From Eremomyces bilateralis CBS 781.70 (Eukaryota): 64,000 bases of DNA. The notes below the pieces were generated by a model. The model did no database searches. It worked only from the letters and a program-made list of their open reading frames with translations, and was not told the DNA's origin. The stretch's first letter is position 1. Every line of letters starts with the position of its first letter. Location of the stretch: NCBI GenBank assembly GCA_010015585.1, contig ML975161.1; one strand, 5' to 3'. The position numbers and the translations under genes are program-made. Below are positions 1 to 12,679 of the stretch, piece by piece.

Positions 1-392
1 AAACAATCCGGAATCTACTCCAAACACCAATCCTCCCATTCCCACAGGACACTTCCAAACTTCCGGAATGAGACCATCGTTCGTAGAAATACTCCTTGAT
101 ATCCTGTAAGGGATGGGAAATAAGTGCTCTCCCTTTCTTTATTCTCGAGATTTTTTGATGAGTCGCTCCTTTGTGCAGTGATGATTTCCGACAAGTGGCG
201 AATATTCCTCTCTTCACTCACCTGTTGACACCACGCCAATTATATATACACTCTTTTTGCTCTCGAGACTTTTTTTCTTCATCAGTCATTCCTTTGTCTC
301 CGTGTTAGGATTTGTTCTCGATTTAAGAATCGAACCGAGCCAAAACATTCCCTCCTTTGCACCATTATACACTGTACCTGGAGTACGCAGTC

Positions 393-1622
393 ATGATGAA
401 GAACCTTCTCATTCTACTTCCTTCCTTACTGGCATATGTGGAAGCACACATGCACCTCGATGTAGGATCTTTCATCCGGCGCTGAGCCGAATCCACTGAC
501 TTCTATAGTATCCTCCGTCTTTGAATGCGGCCAACAATCCTTTCACAGAAGGTGCTGGTGATCCACACCCAGACTATCCTTACAACTGCTGTGGCATGAA
601 ACATGAGTATCCATGTAAAGGACAGTTGAAACTCCTCGGTACCCCGGCAGGCCGGGCCGTCGCCACGTGGAAACCAGGGTCCACCCAGCACTGGAACATG
701 ACCGGACAATGTACGTAGGATGAACGCCCTGCGTCGATCATGATATGTTGAAGAGGTGCTAATATACAGACCAGCAAATCATTATGGAGGAAGCTGTGGG
801 TGCCCATCAACCCATAATGTGATGTCCATCGTCTCACTGTTACAGGCCAAATCGGATTTTCGGTCGATAAGGGGAAGACATTCCGTGTTGTCAAGAGCTA
901 TGAAGGCAGTTGTCCGCATCGGAACGAAGACGACGATCAGAATTTTGACTTTGTGGTTCCAACGGATCTTCCAGCGGGGGACGTCCTGTTCGCTTGGAGT
1001 TGGACGAACCGCGAACAAGAGGTAAGCATGATGTGGCCTTATTGAACGAAGATACTAAAGCGACCAGCTCAATATGAATTGCGCAGCTATCAGCATCGAG
1101 AGTGATAGTGGAGAAGGCGCTCCACTACCAAGTACCTCCCAAGCACTGGAACCTCAACCAACCGCACCCGCGTCCCCCGTTCTTTCGCAACCTGAAGACC
1201 CGCCGGCACAGTCACTCCCGTCGAAGCCACTGGCCTCGCAGCCACCGACCTCAGAGCCACCAACCTCGGAGGGAGAAGGTCCACATTACGAAATGGATGG
1301 ATGCACCTGCAACTGCGAAGGCGGTACGTCCGATACGTCCGACGGAGGAATCCTGCTCTCCTCGTGCTATTGTTACTGCTCCGAGATGCCACCAGTGCGG
1401 GGACGTGAACCGCGGACGCGCCCAAGGACCAAGCACCATTGGAAGCGGGCCGGAACCACTGTGGCGTTTAGTAACCGACCCGAGATGCTTGCTGTCAATG
1501 TCGGCAATGGATGCACCAGCCCCAGGGAGAATGCAGAGCTGAAGTATCCGAATCCAGGCCCCGATGTGGTGGAAGGTGATGGGGAATATCCGCTGGAACT
1601 TCCCCAAGGGAACTGCGTATGA
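393..1622 (+). CDS. Secreted AA11-family lytic polysaccharide monooxygenase (multi-exon)
   Basis: Signal peptide MMKNLLILLPSLLAYVEA followed by an N-terminal His (HMHLD). Introns at 462-508, 711-774, ~800-850 and 1022-1067. AA11-type motifs YPCKG, NHYGGSC, GKTFRVVKSYEGSCP, FAWSWTNRE, MNCA and C-terminal NVGNGC..YPNPG. Confidence 0.85.
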
Positions 1623-1710
1623 AAAGCACGGTCGAACGATGTGAACGAATTGAAATGAAGGGTTTGATTTGCTTCTTGTATAGTACATATCTACTACATC
1701 CAGAACGTCA

Positions 1711-3020
1711 TCACGCGGGCCTCCCATACTCATTCGTGTTAAAAGTGGAATCCTGCTCCCAATCACGGTCGACATCAAACTCCTCCCATCCCGCCTTCCG
1801 CCAGCTCCCACTTTTCCCCCCATCCTTTGCAACTAGATGGATATTCCGCATTGACATCTCCTTATCCACCGCCTTCAGCATGTCGATGATCCCCAAACAC
1901 GCACCCGTCACCGCGCTCAATGCCTCCATCTCCACCCCCGTGACCCCCACCGTCTCGCACCGCGCCCGCACCAGGATACTGGCTGGGGAATTCTCCCGCT
2001 TCTTCCGCTTCTCCGTCGGCCACGCGGCCTTCTTGACCTTCAGCTCCAGCTGGATGTCCACGTGCGTCAAGCTGATCGGGTGGCACAGCGGGATGATCGA
2101 CGGCGTCGCCTTGGCCGCCATGATTCCCGCGATCCGTGCGACGGACAAAGGGTCACCTTTCGCGTTGTGTTTGAGGCTGGCGACGGCGGCGGCGCCGTGG
2201 TTCTCGCTGAAGTGCACTTGGCCGACGGCGATGGCGACGCGGCGGGTGCTAGATTTGCCGCTCACGGACACCATGTGGGGGACGCCTTGCTCGTTTAGGT
2301 GTGTCAGCTTTTGTCGACTCGTTGGGTTGGCGCCAGGCTCTACTGCCAGTCCTTTTCCCCATCGGTCCTGGGCGACATGGCGGAATACTCTCGAGGGAGG
2401 TTGTTCCGGAACGGCTTCCTGTGGTGATGGATAAGGAACGGGTGGCTGTCCCAATGACAGCCCCAATGACAGCATTTCGTTGTGTTTTCCCTCCATCATG
2501 GCTTTCGCTGCCGCAGCTTTGCGTTGTCTTTCTTCCGCCCACCTCTCCTTGGCTGCTTCAATGGTAGGTGGCCAGGATAGCGTAGGGTTCGCCGTCGATG
2601 TATCGGTACTCTCGGCCTCGCTCGGTGACCTCCCAGCGTGAGCCAGTTTGAATCGTTCGGCGCTCTCTTCTTTGAAAATCTGATTACGTATTCCCTCCTT
2701 TTCCGCATAGTTCATTTCCGAACCCGCCTGTTTTCGGCTGGTGTAACGAACTTTCGTTGGCTTCACATCCTCTTCGTTCAAAGAGTCGGTAGTGGAGAAT
2801 GGTCTAGAGTGGGTAGTGTAAAGAAGAGCTGTCGTTTGCCACTGGCCAACGCGTGGGACAGATTGTTGCCAAAGTACAGGGTTCGCCCAGCGTTTCTTTT
2901 GGGTGAACAGTGGGGAGGCTTCTCGATCGCCTGAATGAGGGGATGGTCCAGAGCGCTTCACTGTATCGAAACCAGTGGGCCAAAACGATGCCGTTGGTCT
3001 CAATGTGTCTAGTACGTCAT
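1711..3020 (-). CDS. cnxABC: Linker plus MoaC/MOCS1B cPMP synthase, reached by splicing from MoaA (intron 3021-3113)
   Basis: MoaC motifs LTHL...HMVSVSGK, KGDPLSVARIAGIMAAK, IPLCHPI, TGVEMEAL, DMLKAVDK and GGKSG. Branch point CTGAC and CAG acceptor at 3021. Confidence 0.92.
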
Positions 3021-3105
3021 CTGCATTGATCACCAGTCAGAATCTATGACTATGTTTTCAAATAAACCATCTCTCCTCAGCCAACATTGAGTGAAAGCAC
3101 AGAAC

Positions 3106-4501
3106 CTACCCACCGATCAGAATCATAGGCCTATTCTTCATCTTCTCCAGCTCGCCAATTCCAGCGTGCTTTTCCTTCTTCCGCTTCACAGCGTGACCAA
3201 TGATATCGAGAAGACCCTCTTCCCTTTTCCCCCACCCCAGTGGTGTATCATCATTGAAGCTTTCGCCGAGCCGATTCATCTCCGCTTGCTTGATCGTTTG
3301 GAATGCTTCTTCATCGATCGGTAGGCCATCGTTCCCTTCGCGGAGAATATCTCGGAGCGAGACTTCGGAATTGCCAAACAGACAGACTTTGAGATTGCCA
3401 TCGCCGGTGATCCGGAGTCGGTTACATGTTCCGCAGAAGTTATGGGTCATGCTCGTGATAAATCCCATCTTGCCGACAAAGCCCGGCACGCGGTACGTCT
3501 TGCTGGTGTCATTCTTATGATCTTGAACTTTCTCCAGCGTCGGATACTTCGATCGAATGCGGTCGAGCATTTCTTGATAGGGGAACATCTTTCCTTTGCT
3601 CCATTTGTTGCCGTCGAAAGGCATGTATTCGATAAACCGGACCTCGATATCCTGTTCGCGACCGAGTTCGACAAAGGGAAGGATTTCTCGATCATTGAGG
3701 CCCCGCATGACAACGCAATTGATCTTCAACCTGATGTTCGCTCCGAGTCGGTTCATCTCAAGAATCTTGTCGATGGATTTCTTGACCGCTTCAAAACCAT
3801 TTCGCCTTGTCATCAGCTGGAATTGAAATGGGTCCAACGTGTCTAGGCTGATATTGACGCCTGTCAATCCTGCCTCTACCATGCTATCCAGTTTTCGGTG
3901 TAATGATATAGCATTCGTTGTCAAGGCCAACTCCCGTAGTCCCTTCGAGCGCAGAGATCCGATCGATTGCATTAGGGGTATAATATCTTTCCGGATCGTG
4001 GGTTCGCCGCCGGTAAGTCGAATCTTCGTGACGCCTTGAGAGACGAAAAGGGAGGCTAGGTAGTAGATCTCGGGGCTGGTAAGCATGTGTGATTGCGGAG
4101 AAAGTGGCACGCCCTCTGAGTTCCATATCTATCAGTATTATTCCTCACAGCGGATGATGAGACGTACCTTCGGGCATGCAATACAGACACCGCAAATTGC
4201 ATCGCTCCGTAATGCTTATCCGTAAATAGTCATGCTGGCGATTGAAGGTATCAGTCAGGAACTCGGAGAATGGCTTCACGTCGCCTAAGGTTCGTCCTGA
4301 TTGCTGGCGCGGGGGTTCTGATCGGGCCGGATAAGGGTGCGGAGCTTCCAAAGGGGCTTCATGTGGTTCTACCGCCGCCGCAGCGGAAGAGTATCTTCTC
4401 CCGATCCCTCTTTTCAAAGAAGTCGAACTCGAAGCAAAGCTAGCTCCGCGGTATGCGCTTTGGATGCGGCATCTTGACCTCGCCAGGAGTCTTTCTGCCA
4501 T
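3106..4501 (-). CDS. cnxABC: MoaA/MOCS1A GTP 3',8-cyclase (radical SAM), 5' part of the Moco biosynthesis gene
   Basis: Exon 4501-4168, intron 4167-4116, exon from 4115. Motifs [24 protein letters not shown] and FCGTCNRLR, with C-terminal MILIGG*. The Arg/Ser-rich N-terminus resembles a mitochondrial presequence. Confidence 0.95.
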
Positions 4502-5081
4502 AGTTGCGGCGGCAGAATACGAAGATCAGGGTATCAAGAAAATAGAAAAGAAGAACCAAACATCTTTCCCCGCAGATTTCGAACGAAATATTAGGACGCG
4601 GGGCACATTATTAAGAAAGCGTAATCACAGAAGGGCGTGCTATGAATCGGAGTGGCGGATACGGATCGAGGTAGATCGATACTGCGAAAACCGGGGATCT
4701 CCGTCCTCCGTGGAGAGTCGACCAATTGGAAGCAACTTTCCTTTCTCGGCCATAAATTCACAACACAGTCACAAGGATACTGACCGTAGCCGAATTCAAA
4801 CTTGGAATGATGAGCGATTTGTATAGTATGACACAACGTCATGGCTGTACTCTGGAATCAATCTGCTGGTGCGGAGTATTGATGATCAATCAAGCATGAC
4901 AGACCAGATGAGACGTAGCGTAAGGCATCAATTATCCCCCCCTAAGGCATCAAGCTTTCTTTGAGACCAGGAAAAAGGGGGTTTGGAATACATACAAATT
5001 GTGATAGCAGTTTACCATGCCATATCTATCGTACAGAGTTCTTATTGTACATAATCTAAACAATCATTCAAATGGGTATCA

Positions 5082-7798
5082 TCAAGACGAAAGGAACCTC
5101 CTCTTCGAATTCCTCGCCCACTGATCCGTAAACGCCACCATCTTAACACAAACCATAACCACCTCTACCTTCCCATTATCCGGCTCATCCTCCGCCGGCT
5201 CCACAAGCACGCGCCACAGCGCCCGCTTCACAATCCATTGCTTCGTCACATCGAGCACCCTGTCGTGCCTGTTCACCGACCAGCGGCGAATTCGCGGCAG
5301 CAGGTTGGGAGGCTGACTCGTCATATCGCCGACCGCCTCCCACTCGATCAGTCCGCCGTCCAGCGTCACCGCGGAGTCCGTATCGAAGCGGACGCGCACC
5401 CGATCGCCACTGACACCCGAGTTTGCCGGGCTGACCGGCAGCGCGGACAGGCCCTCCGCGACGGGTTTGGGGGTCGGCGCTCCTTCGCGCTCGCGTTCTG
5501 CGCGGCCTTTCATCATCATGATCCCGAGGGGAAGATGCATCAGGGGCAGGTTCATCTTCGCGGCGATGACTTGGAAGAGACTCGAGATGCGGGACTTGGT
5601 CAGGCCGTAGAAGGTGGCGCGCATGGAGGTGAGATCCAACCGGGTCGCTTCGGGGGAACCAATCTCTACGATCAACGCGCTCGAGGCCTCGTCGGTATAT
5701 GGCCGTGCGTAACAGATGTGTCCGCGATGCGGCGGGATTCCCGCTCCTGGCGCCGGAGCTCCGGAAGCACTTGGGGGTGTGTCTGGAACAGTAGCAGGAT
5801 TGATCCGAGACTCCACCCCCCACCCAAGGTCTGCAAGTCGAGCAGGGGTGAAAGAAACGCCCGACTGCCGTACATCTTCCAGTCGGATGGTGATTTCCGA
5901 CTCGCTTCGTGCCAGATTGTAGCCGATTTCGCACGGCAGCAAGCGCTGCTCCACGCCTTTGAGATTGAAGTACCGCGCATCCCGAAGCAGGTCCTCGCGG
6001 TGTGCGTCATCTCTCACATTCACGGGATACCCCTTCAGGAGTCGGAGGAGATCGGCGAAGATCTCTGCCGATCGATTGGGGACGGCGGGCGGGAGGATGG
6101 AGGGAGGTCGGAGGAGCGTCTGGCGATCCAGGCCTGGGAAGGTGTCGCTTGGAGTGCCGAGGAAGTGGGCGAATCCGAGAGAGAAGAAATTCGGAGTGTT
6201 TCCGGGCCCGGAGAACAGCTCTCTTGGTATCTGGAAGTCACGGTCGCCAACGCGAACAAAGATTTCGGACTTGAAGAGTTGCTGCGTCAAGCGAGGTACT
6301 GTTGACGAGAGTTTAGTGGCGGGTGCATCGTACATTGGTGGTGCACTCACAGCTGTAGAATTGCGCATCGGCGTAGAGTCGTACGTAGTGCAGTCCATCT
6401 CGAGGTTTGATGTGATACCCTGGAGAATGTTAGTGTACACTAGATAGCCACACTATTACCACATACCTTGCAAATGCATTGAAATGTCCCGAAACGTGTT
6501 GGGATCGCGGTCAATATACAACGTGTGAATATTTCCCGATCGACCATCTGCGCTCAGCAATTGCTGGCCAAAGAAGTGCGAGAAGTACGACGGTGCTATG
6601 CACTGTCAGCCGGAGAACCTTCTGTACACGAAGGGAGTGGCACTGCTGCCCAGCGCGCATACTCACAATCCGACGAAATCGACGCCCCTGAAAGACGGAA
6701 GAGTTTCGAGCCGATCTGGATGGGGAACACTTTCCCAGCCGGCAAGACCGATGAAATGCTCGGGACGTCCGGGATCTGCCGGACTCGGACATTGGGTACC
6801 GACTTCTCCACCGAATGATCTCCATTCGCGTTTGCCGTGCCTCTCTCTGTAGACGTCTTCCTTGCTGCTGCAACGGCTTCCTCCTGTCTTGCTTCCCCTT
6901 CCCCTGACGCCCCAGCACCAGTGTTGACCGGTGACCAGTCGACCTCCACGCCATATTGACCCGCCGAAGACCGTCGCTCGGTTGCACCCGACGCGGTTCG
7001 CGACGTTGCTGATCTTTTGGAGGGTGGGAACAGGGGCTTGGCGGCGGCGGGGGCGGTTTGCGAATTGGCGGACGACGGTTCGGAGACGGCCTTCCTTTTC
7101 ATCCCGGTTTGGATCGCAGGTCGGGGAGGCGGCCGCGGCGATGTGGCCTGGGGTGGCGCGGGTGGTTGGGCGTGGAGGGAGGGTTCAGGGGCAGGGGACG
7201 TGGGCGGCGGATGCGATCGCGATGTCGGTTCACTCGCGTTGGCGGCGGCGTTTTTGGGAGGGGTCGACCGGCGGGAGGATTCGCCTACTTGCGGGGGGAT
7301 CGACTGGAACGGGGCAGCCCCAGGGCCAAGGTATTGGGACAGCGTGAAGTCCGGTTGGGAGGACCGCTGATTGTGCAACTCTTCCACCACGAGCTCCCCC
7401 TGCGGCTCGTAGAAGTGCGCGAAATCGCCAAACCCCGCCGTCGAGTTGTCCCAGTCCCACATCAGAGGCCCGGGGGAGGGAGTCTGTCCATATGTGTTGA
7501 TTCCGAGTCCTACTCCCACGCCGTATTGGGATTGCACCGCCAGATGGTGATGGTATTGTGCGGGCTGGCGCTGGTGGCCTGGCCCGCCCAGATTGGTTAT
7601 ACCGGGTGACGACAAGAACGGAGGATTCGGGATATTACTTCGTGTTGGGTCATCGCAGGTGGTATTTATGCTTTGGCTCGGAAGTATCGCATGCGTCTCG
7701 TCTCCTGCTCGGGGGGTACTCCTCCGTTGCGACGAGTTCGATTCGGCAGGCGTTTGGAAAGGCTTCGCACTGGAAAATGGACGGGGACGATCGGTCAT
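5082..7798 (-). CDS. Double BTB/POZ (K-channel tetramerisation type) protein with long disordered N-terminus, YDR132C/YLR108C-like (multi-exon)
   Basis: VFPIQIGSKLFRLSGASISSD/APSYF, YIDRDP, DAQFY, and a second domain FVRVGDRDFQIPRELF...LLRDARYFNL. Short GT-AG introns between about 6300 and 6670. Confidence 0.82.
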
Positions 7799-8825
7799 TG
7801 GCAGACAGCTCTCTTTCAATTCGCTCTTCTTGAGCCGACAGCGCCTCGAAAGGCCAGGTCGAAGCGAAACGAAGTTGAAAGGTCAACGACTTCGGGGGTA
7901 TGGTACGTGTACGGCTTACGCCTGTTGGTCGAACGTGCAAGGACCTCCCCTGATTCGCGCCCATAGGATCGAAACCTAACATCAAAGCTACCTTGAACCT
8001 TTGAAAAGGACGGTTCAGCAGAAAAATTCTTCGAAATGAAACTGTCCGGTGCCGAAAATCTGACCGGAATTTTATTTCTAGTTCCCTGGGGATGTCGTGT
8101 CATAAGGATGTCGGCTAGAGGTGAGGTGAGGTCTTGACTCCATCCTCTCATCCATTCACATTTCACAAGCATAACAAAGCACAGAGCAACGTTGCTTCGG
8201 CTTGGGCTTACGTGCGTCGAATACCTTCCAGTTTTACGCCCCCTGATGCCGGAAAGAGGAAATCAAATCTACCAATTTGGGATGGTGTCCTTATTTTCTC
8301 ATCTCACTCTTCGGCATTCCCCGTACCCGAGACGGGCACCGAAGACTCTGCCCGTCAGCCGATGCGATTGGATACCAGATCAATAACGAGAGGCATTGCG
8401 GCTTAGAATATTTGATTTGAAACCGGATCCATAGAGCCTGCCTCTTGGGTCCATACGGACGCTCCCGTTAGAGCCTGTATCCAGGATGGACGATGACGAC
8501 GATAATGTACACACCCCGATTGAGTCTGACTTCGCCTTTCGGGAGATAAAGAGTTGTAAGTTTTGTACTCCTTTAGTTCTGGTTACGGGACGTATATCGA
8601 TCCAGCTCCTCGTTTAATTATTCCGCCTCCACGGCATGAATACGATGACTCCCATCTCGTGGGCTCGAATGATCATTTTGCTTTGCATCTGACTAAGATT
8701 GCATCCGACTTGACACTCTTTGCTTTCAAATGCTTATCTGTGGTACGATGCCACGGTTGATGCTATTGTCTATCAGGAATATGGTATTTTAAATTCAAAG
8801 ACGCCGCTCGACTGAGGTTACCACA

Positions 8826-9701
8826 TCACTGGAACACCGGGCTGAACGGTTCTCCCGTCAAATCGACGATCTTCTGCACGCCCCGTTTGTACGCGTCCCG
8901 TTCCTCGAGCCGCTTGACGTACGCAACCGTCTTGGGGTGCTCTTCTGCGTTGAGTCCCCCTCGGCTCATCGCGCCTTGGAGCGGGAAGATCATCATGATG
9001 TCCGCCCCCGTGAGGCTCTTCCCGCAGAGGAACTCCCCGGCGTCCGGGCTGCTGGCTACCTGGCTCTCCACGAAGGCGAAGTTCTGCTTGAGCTGGTTAC
9101 TGAGGAAGCCGTCGTTGATTTTTTGGGCGATGCTCTTGGTCACGGGCTTGATGAAGAAGGGCACGGGCGCATCACGGATCGCTATGGCGCTGGTCAGTAA
9201 CGATCAACAGAAATGGAGAAGGTCGATGGCGACGTACTGCCGACCATGAGCGCGATCAAAAGAGGAGGCATGAAGCTCCCTTCGGCGAAATGAAGCAAGT
9301 GCCGATAGCGCAGCCACTCCTCCGACTCGAACCCGATCGTCTCCTTGCCCTCGGGGAACCGCGCCGGGATCATCTGCTTCCCGAAACTCTCGGTCAAATA
9401 CTCCACGATGAACGCCGATTCGGCGATGATCAGAGGCTTCTCCCGACCCGGTGTCTGGATCTCGAGCAGGGGGCTCTTTCCAAGCGGATGGAGGTCGCGG
9501 AGCTCTTTTGGGGCGAGCCTGTCTTCGCCGCGTTTGTAGAGCTTGATTTCATACTCGAGGTTAAGTTCTTCGAGGAGCCAGACAATGCGATGGGAGCGGG
9601 AATAGTTCAACCTGTGCTTCCTTCAGCGGAGGCTCATTTTCTGCAGTTACTAGGATGACGTACCAGTGAATGGTGATCTTTGGAGTCTCCGTGGAAGCCA
9701 T
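8826..9701 (-). CDS. Glutathione S-transferase, GTT1-like (3 exons)
   Basis: Motifs W/LNYSRSHRIVWLLEEL, HPLGKSP, AESAFIVEYL and FLCGKSLTGADIMM. Confidence 0.92.
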
Positions 9702-10566
9702 CGTTGCTTTTTTCGTAGGTTTGTCCTTTTCGATGAATTTATAGGATGGTGTGTCCCGCAATTGAATGTCTCGACTTGGTGGTTGAGGTATCGATGTCTA
9801 CTAAAGCTGTCGCCTACAAATATCTGTGTATAAACGTTGCTCACAAGTACAAAACTAGACTTTGACTTGATTTCTCAAATTGTCTCGAGTACGATGAGCT
9901 CCTACAAAGGCGTGACTTGTTCAGTTGTTCTTATAGATAATGGAGGTAGAGCTGGAACAAGGCTAAACGAAGGATGCTTGTGATCCGAATTGCCATGGAC
10001 TTCAATGACGTTACGGCCTTTACGAGCAGGGTCGGAGCAACTTATCTTCGATCGCCCGATTCGCTGGCGATCCTGGGGTGCATCGCTCCCGAACCATGAT
10101 GGGCGGTCGGTGGCGCTCGCGAATACATTTGCCGAGGTTCTTCATTATATCTATTGGGAATTAGGATCGGATTATCATTCCAGACGATCCAGATCATGCA
10201 TCAACCAGGGGACCTTTAATTCAATGCATTATCTCCCTGACGCCTAATTAAGGCAGACGAAGCTTGAACGAAAGACACTGGGGGGTTCCATATATGATGC
10301 TGCAGGCAGTTCAGCCAGACCAATGACAGATCCTTGTTGTTCCGTAAGTTTCGCTGACTAATATTCTTGCGTTACGATCCTCAACCTCATCTTCTCGAAC
10401 GAGCTCCCCACTCGACGGTGTCAAGCAATTGAAGGCCATCCCATTGTCCATTCGATTTCCTAGGGCGATCAAAGACGTCTTAAACAGCTGAGGGAGCGTC
10501 TCTGCCTTGATTATACCATCCACCACATCGGAGTAATCGACCGAGAGTCGGACCACAACCATCATC

Positions 10567-10957
10567 ATGGCCGGACACAACCCTCCCAGTAAGCTATCCG
10601 TCGCACACCGCGGCTTGTTGCGACATCTAACAGCCCTCTAGCTATACTCCTGGACCCGGCGCTGGTCAAATATGCCAGTACGTAACCCCTCACCGATGGA
10701 ACGATCGCGCGATAGCCACTGACATGCGACAGGCATGAGCGTCAACCGATATAAATACTTCCGATGGACCCCACGAACATTCGGGCTCACCCTTCTTTAC
10801 GTGGCGATCATCCCGTTCGGTATCGGATATGTTGCGTACAAGACCGATGTAGGTCTATCGATCGGATCGGATTGCTGGACTGAGGCTAATCTGGATTCGG
10901 TAGGGAAAATGGGATATGAGAGGGAAGCGGAAGGGGGATACGGTTTCCGAGTTCTGA
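10567..10957 (+). CDS. NADH:ubiquinone oxidoreductase B15 (NDUFB4-like) subunit, 4 small exons
   Basis: Spliced product MAGHNPP..LLDPALVKYA..NRYKYFRWTPRT..TM..GKWDMRGKRKGDTVSEF*. Confidence 0.88.
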
Positions 10958-11384
10958 GCGAGGGATGGAGAGGGGTGAGGAATATAAGCACGGCTTATAG
11001 ACGATATCTTGAGTCGTTCTCATATGGCTTGGAGTTTGGGGTTTGCCGTGCTGCAAGAACGATGAATATCCCTGGATGTGCCGACCATTTCGGGCGGGAA
11101 GCATTGTACATACATAGAACTCGGCAAGAAAGAAGATATTCGATGACCGCCATGAATTCATTTAGGCCGTTGACATGCCCGTGGGATTGATACACCGATT
11201 GCCGCTCGTCCGAGCGAGAGAAAACATCTATCGAAACAGCCATCCGCAAAAACATATCCAAAAAAATCCATCGCCAAAACCCGCGCCTTGAAAGGCGCTC
11301 AGTCTATTACCCCAACCGAGTGATACCTGTCTCGCGACAATTCCTTTGTTCCTCCACGATATCATAACCGTATTCGCCAATCCA

Positions 11385-12116
11385 TCACAGCCCCATTTCC
11401 ACCTCCATCTCCACGTCCTCATCCACCCACTCCCGCGGCTGCAAAAACTCCGCCTCCTCAAAATCCCCCGGGACCATCCTTGCACCACCCAGCGACTTCC
11501 GTCCTCCGCTCTTCGCCACCGCAAACTGGCGCATCCCTGCAACGTCTCCCAGCCCTGCGTCCATCTCCGCGTCTTCCTCCTCATACTCACGCAGAACACG
11601 CTTCCGCGTGTTCCCGGGCCTCCCTGCCGGCACGGAATCGCTCGACATGTGCGAGACGTTGGATTCTTGGGATGAGAAGGACGTCGTGCCATCGGATGCG
11701 ATCCCCAGGTCGCCGGGGAGGGCGTACGCGTTGACGGGGTAGGAGGGGTCTTGCGTGGCGAAATTTCCGGTCTTGAGGAGGCCGCAGAAGGGGAGGAGTT
11801 CCGCGGGCCGTTGTTGGGGGATTGGTGGTGGATGGTCGGGTTGGGAGGCTTCGGGGTGTAGGGTCGAGAATGACGTCGCAATATGGGTGGTGGTAGGAGG
11901 AATGTCGGGGACGTCGGTTAGGGTTTTGTGTGTTTTGTAGCCTTCGGGCACGGCTTTGCGGACGCGCATGCCGACAGAGAGGAGGGAGGATTGGACATTA
12001 TTAGGTATGGGAGGGGAGAGCTTGTGGTTGGCGTTGGGGGAAGACTTGGGTTGCGTGAAGTAGGAGTCGATGGTGGGTTGAAAGGGTCGTTTAACTCGGG
12101 GATTGGAGTTAGCCAT
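11385..12116 (-). CDS. Spd1/Dif1-like ribonucleotide reductase inhibitor family protein
   Basis: Signature QSSLLSVGMRVRKAVPEGYKT, N-terminal QPTIDSYF (PIP-like) and acidic C-terminal DFEEAEFL. Confidence 0.85.
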   Translation of the reverse strand: MANSNPRVKRPFQPTIDSYFTQPKSSPNANHKLSPPIPNNVQSSLLSVGMRVRKAVPEGYKTHKTLTDVPDIPPTTTHIATSFSTLHPEASQPDHPPPIPQQRPAELLPFCGLLKTGNFATQDPSYPVNAYALPGDLGIASDGTTSFSSQESNVSHMSSDSVPAGRPGNTRKRVLREYEEEDAEMDAGLGDVAGMRQFAVAKSGGRKSLGGARMVPGDFEEAEFLQPREWVDEDVEMEVEMGL

Positions 12117-12679
12117 TTCGACAAGATGGAGTGAAGCGACTGAGCTAGCTCTGATGTGGTGAAAAAGTGTGTTCGGAAGATTGATCGAATGTGGAGGATT
12201 AGATGGTAATCCGGATGGTGATGAAAGCCGATGGAACAAAGAACCGTAATGCAACTGCCCCGGGGAGGATTATTTCTTTAAAAATCGATGATCTCCTCCC
12301 TCGAGGCTGGTTATATAGCCCTGGATTTTCCGTTCACCTCTGGTCCGAAAGTGTCGAATGTGGGCCAACTCAGTCCTGTATGCAGCTTGGAGAATGGAAG
12401 ATGCAGGATGAATGTATGTATTACAGAATAGTATGATGCGAGACTCGTATGCGGCGGATCGCACCTGATTCGTGCCCTCCACTGTGCCCTCCACTTTTCC
12501 ACGCGCATTTGACGCGGTTCCCACCCCCGCGCCGACCGGCATTTTCTGCAGTAGCCCGTGCTGACCCCACGCTTAAGGAGACGTCCGTCCAGTCGTTGAT
12601 GGTGGATTCTCAAGCAATACACAATGTACGACGTGATAGAGATTCCGAACGTTTGCATTGTCTCTAAGGTTGCACGTCA

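Noticed and set aside
5238..6305. 355-aa plus-strand ORF (also 1619-2434 + and 58129-59106 -)
   Set aside because: Antisense shadows of GC-rich, well-supported genes; no motifs of their own.
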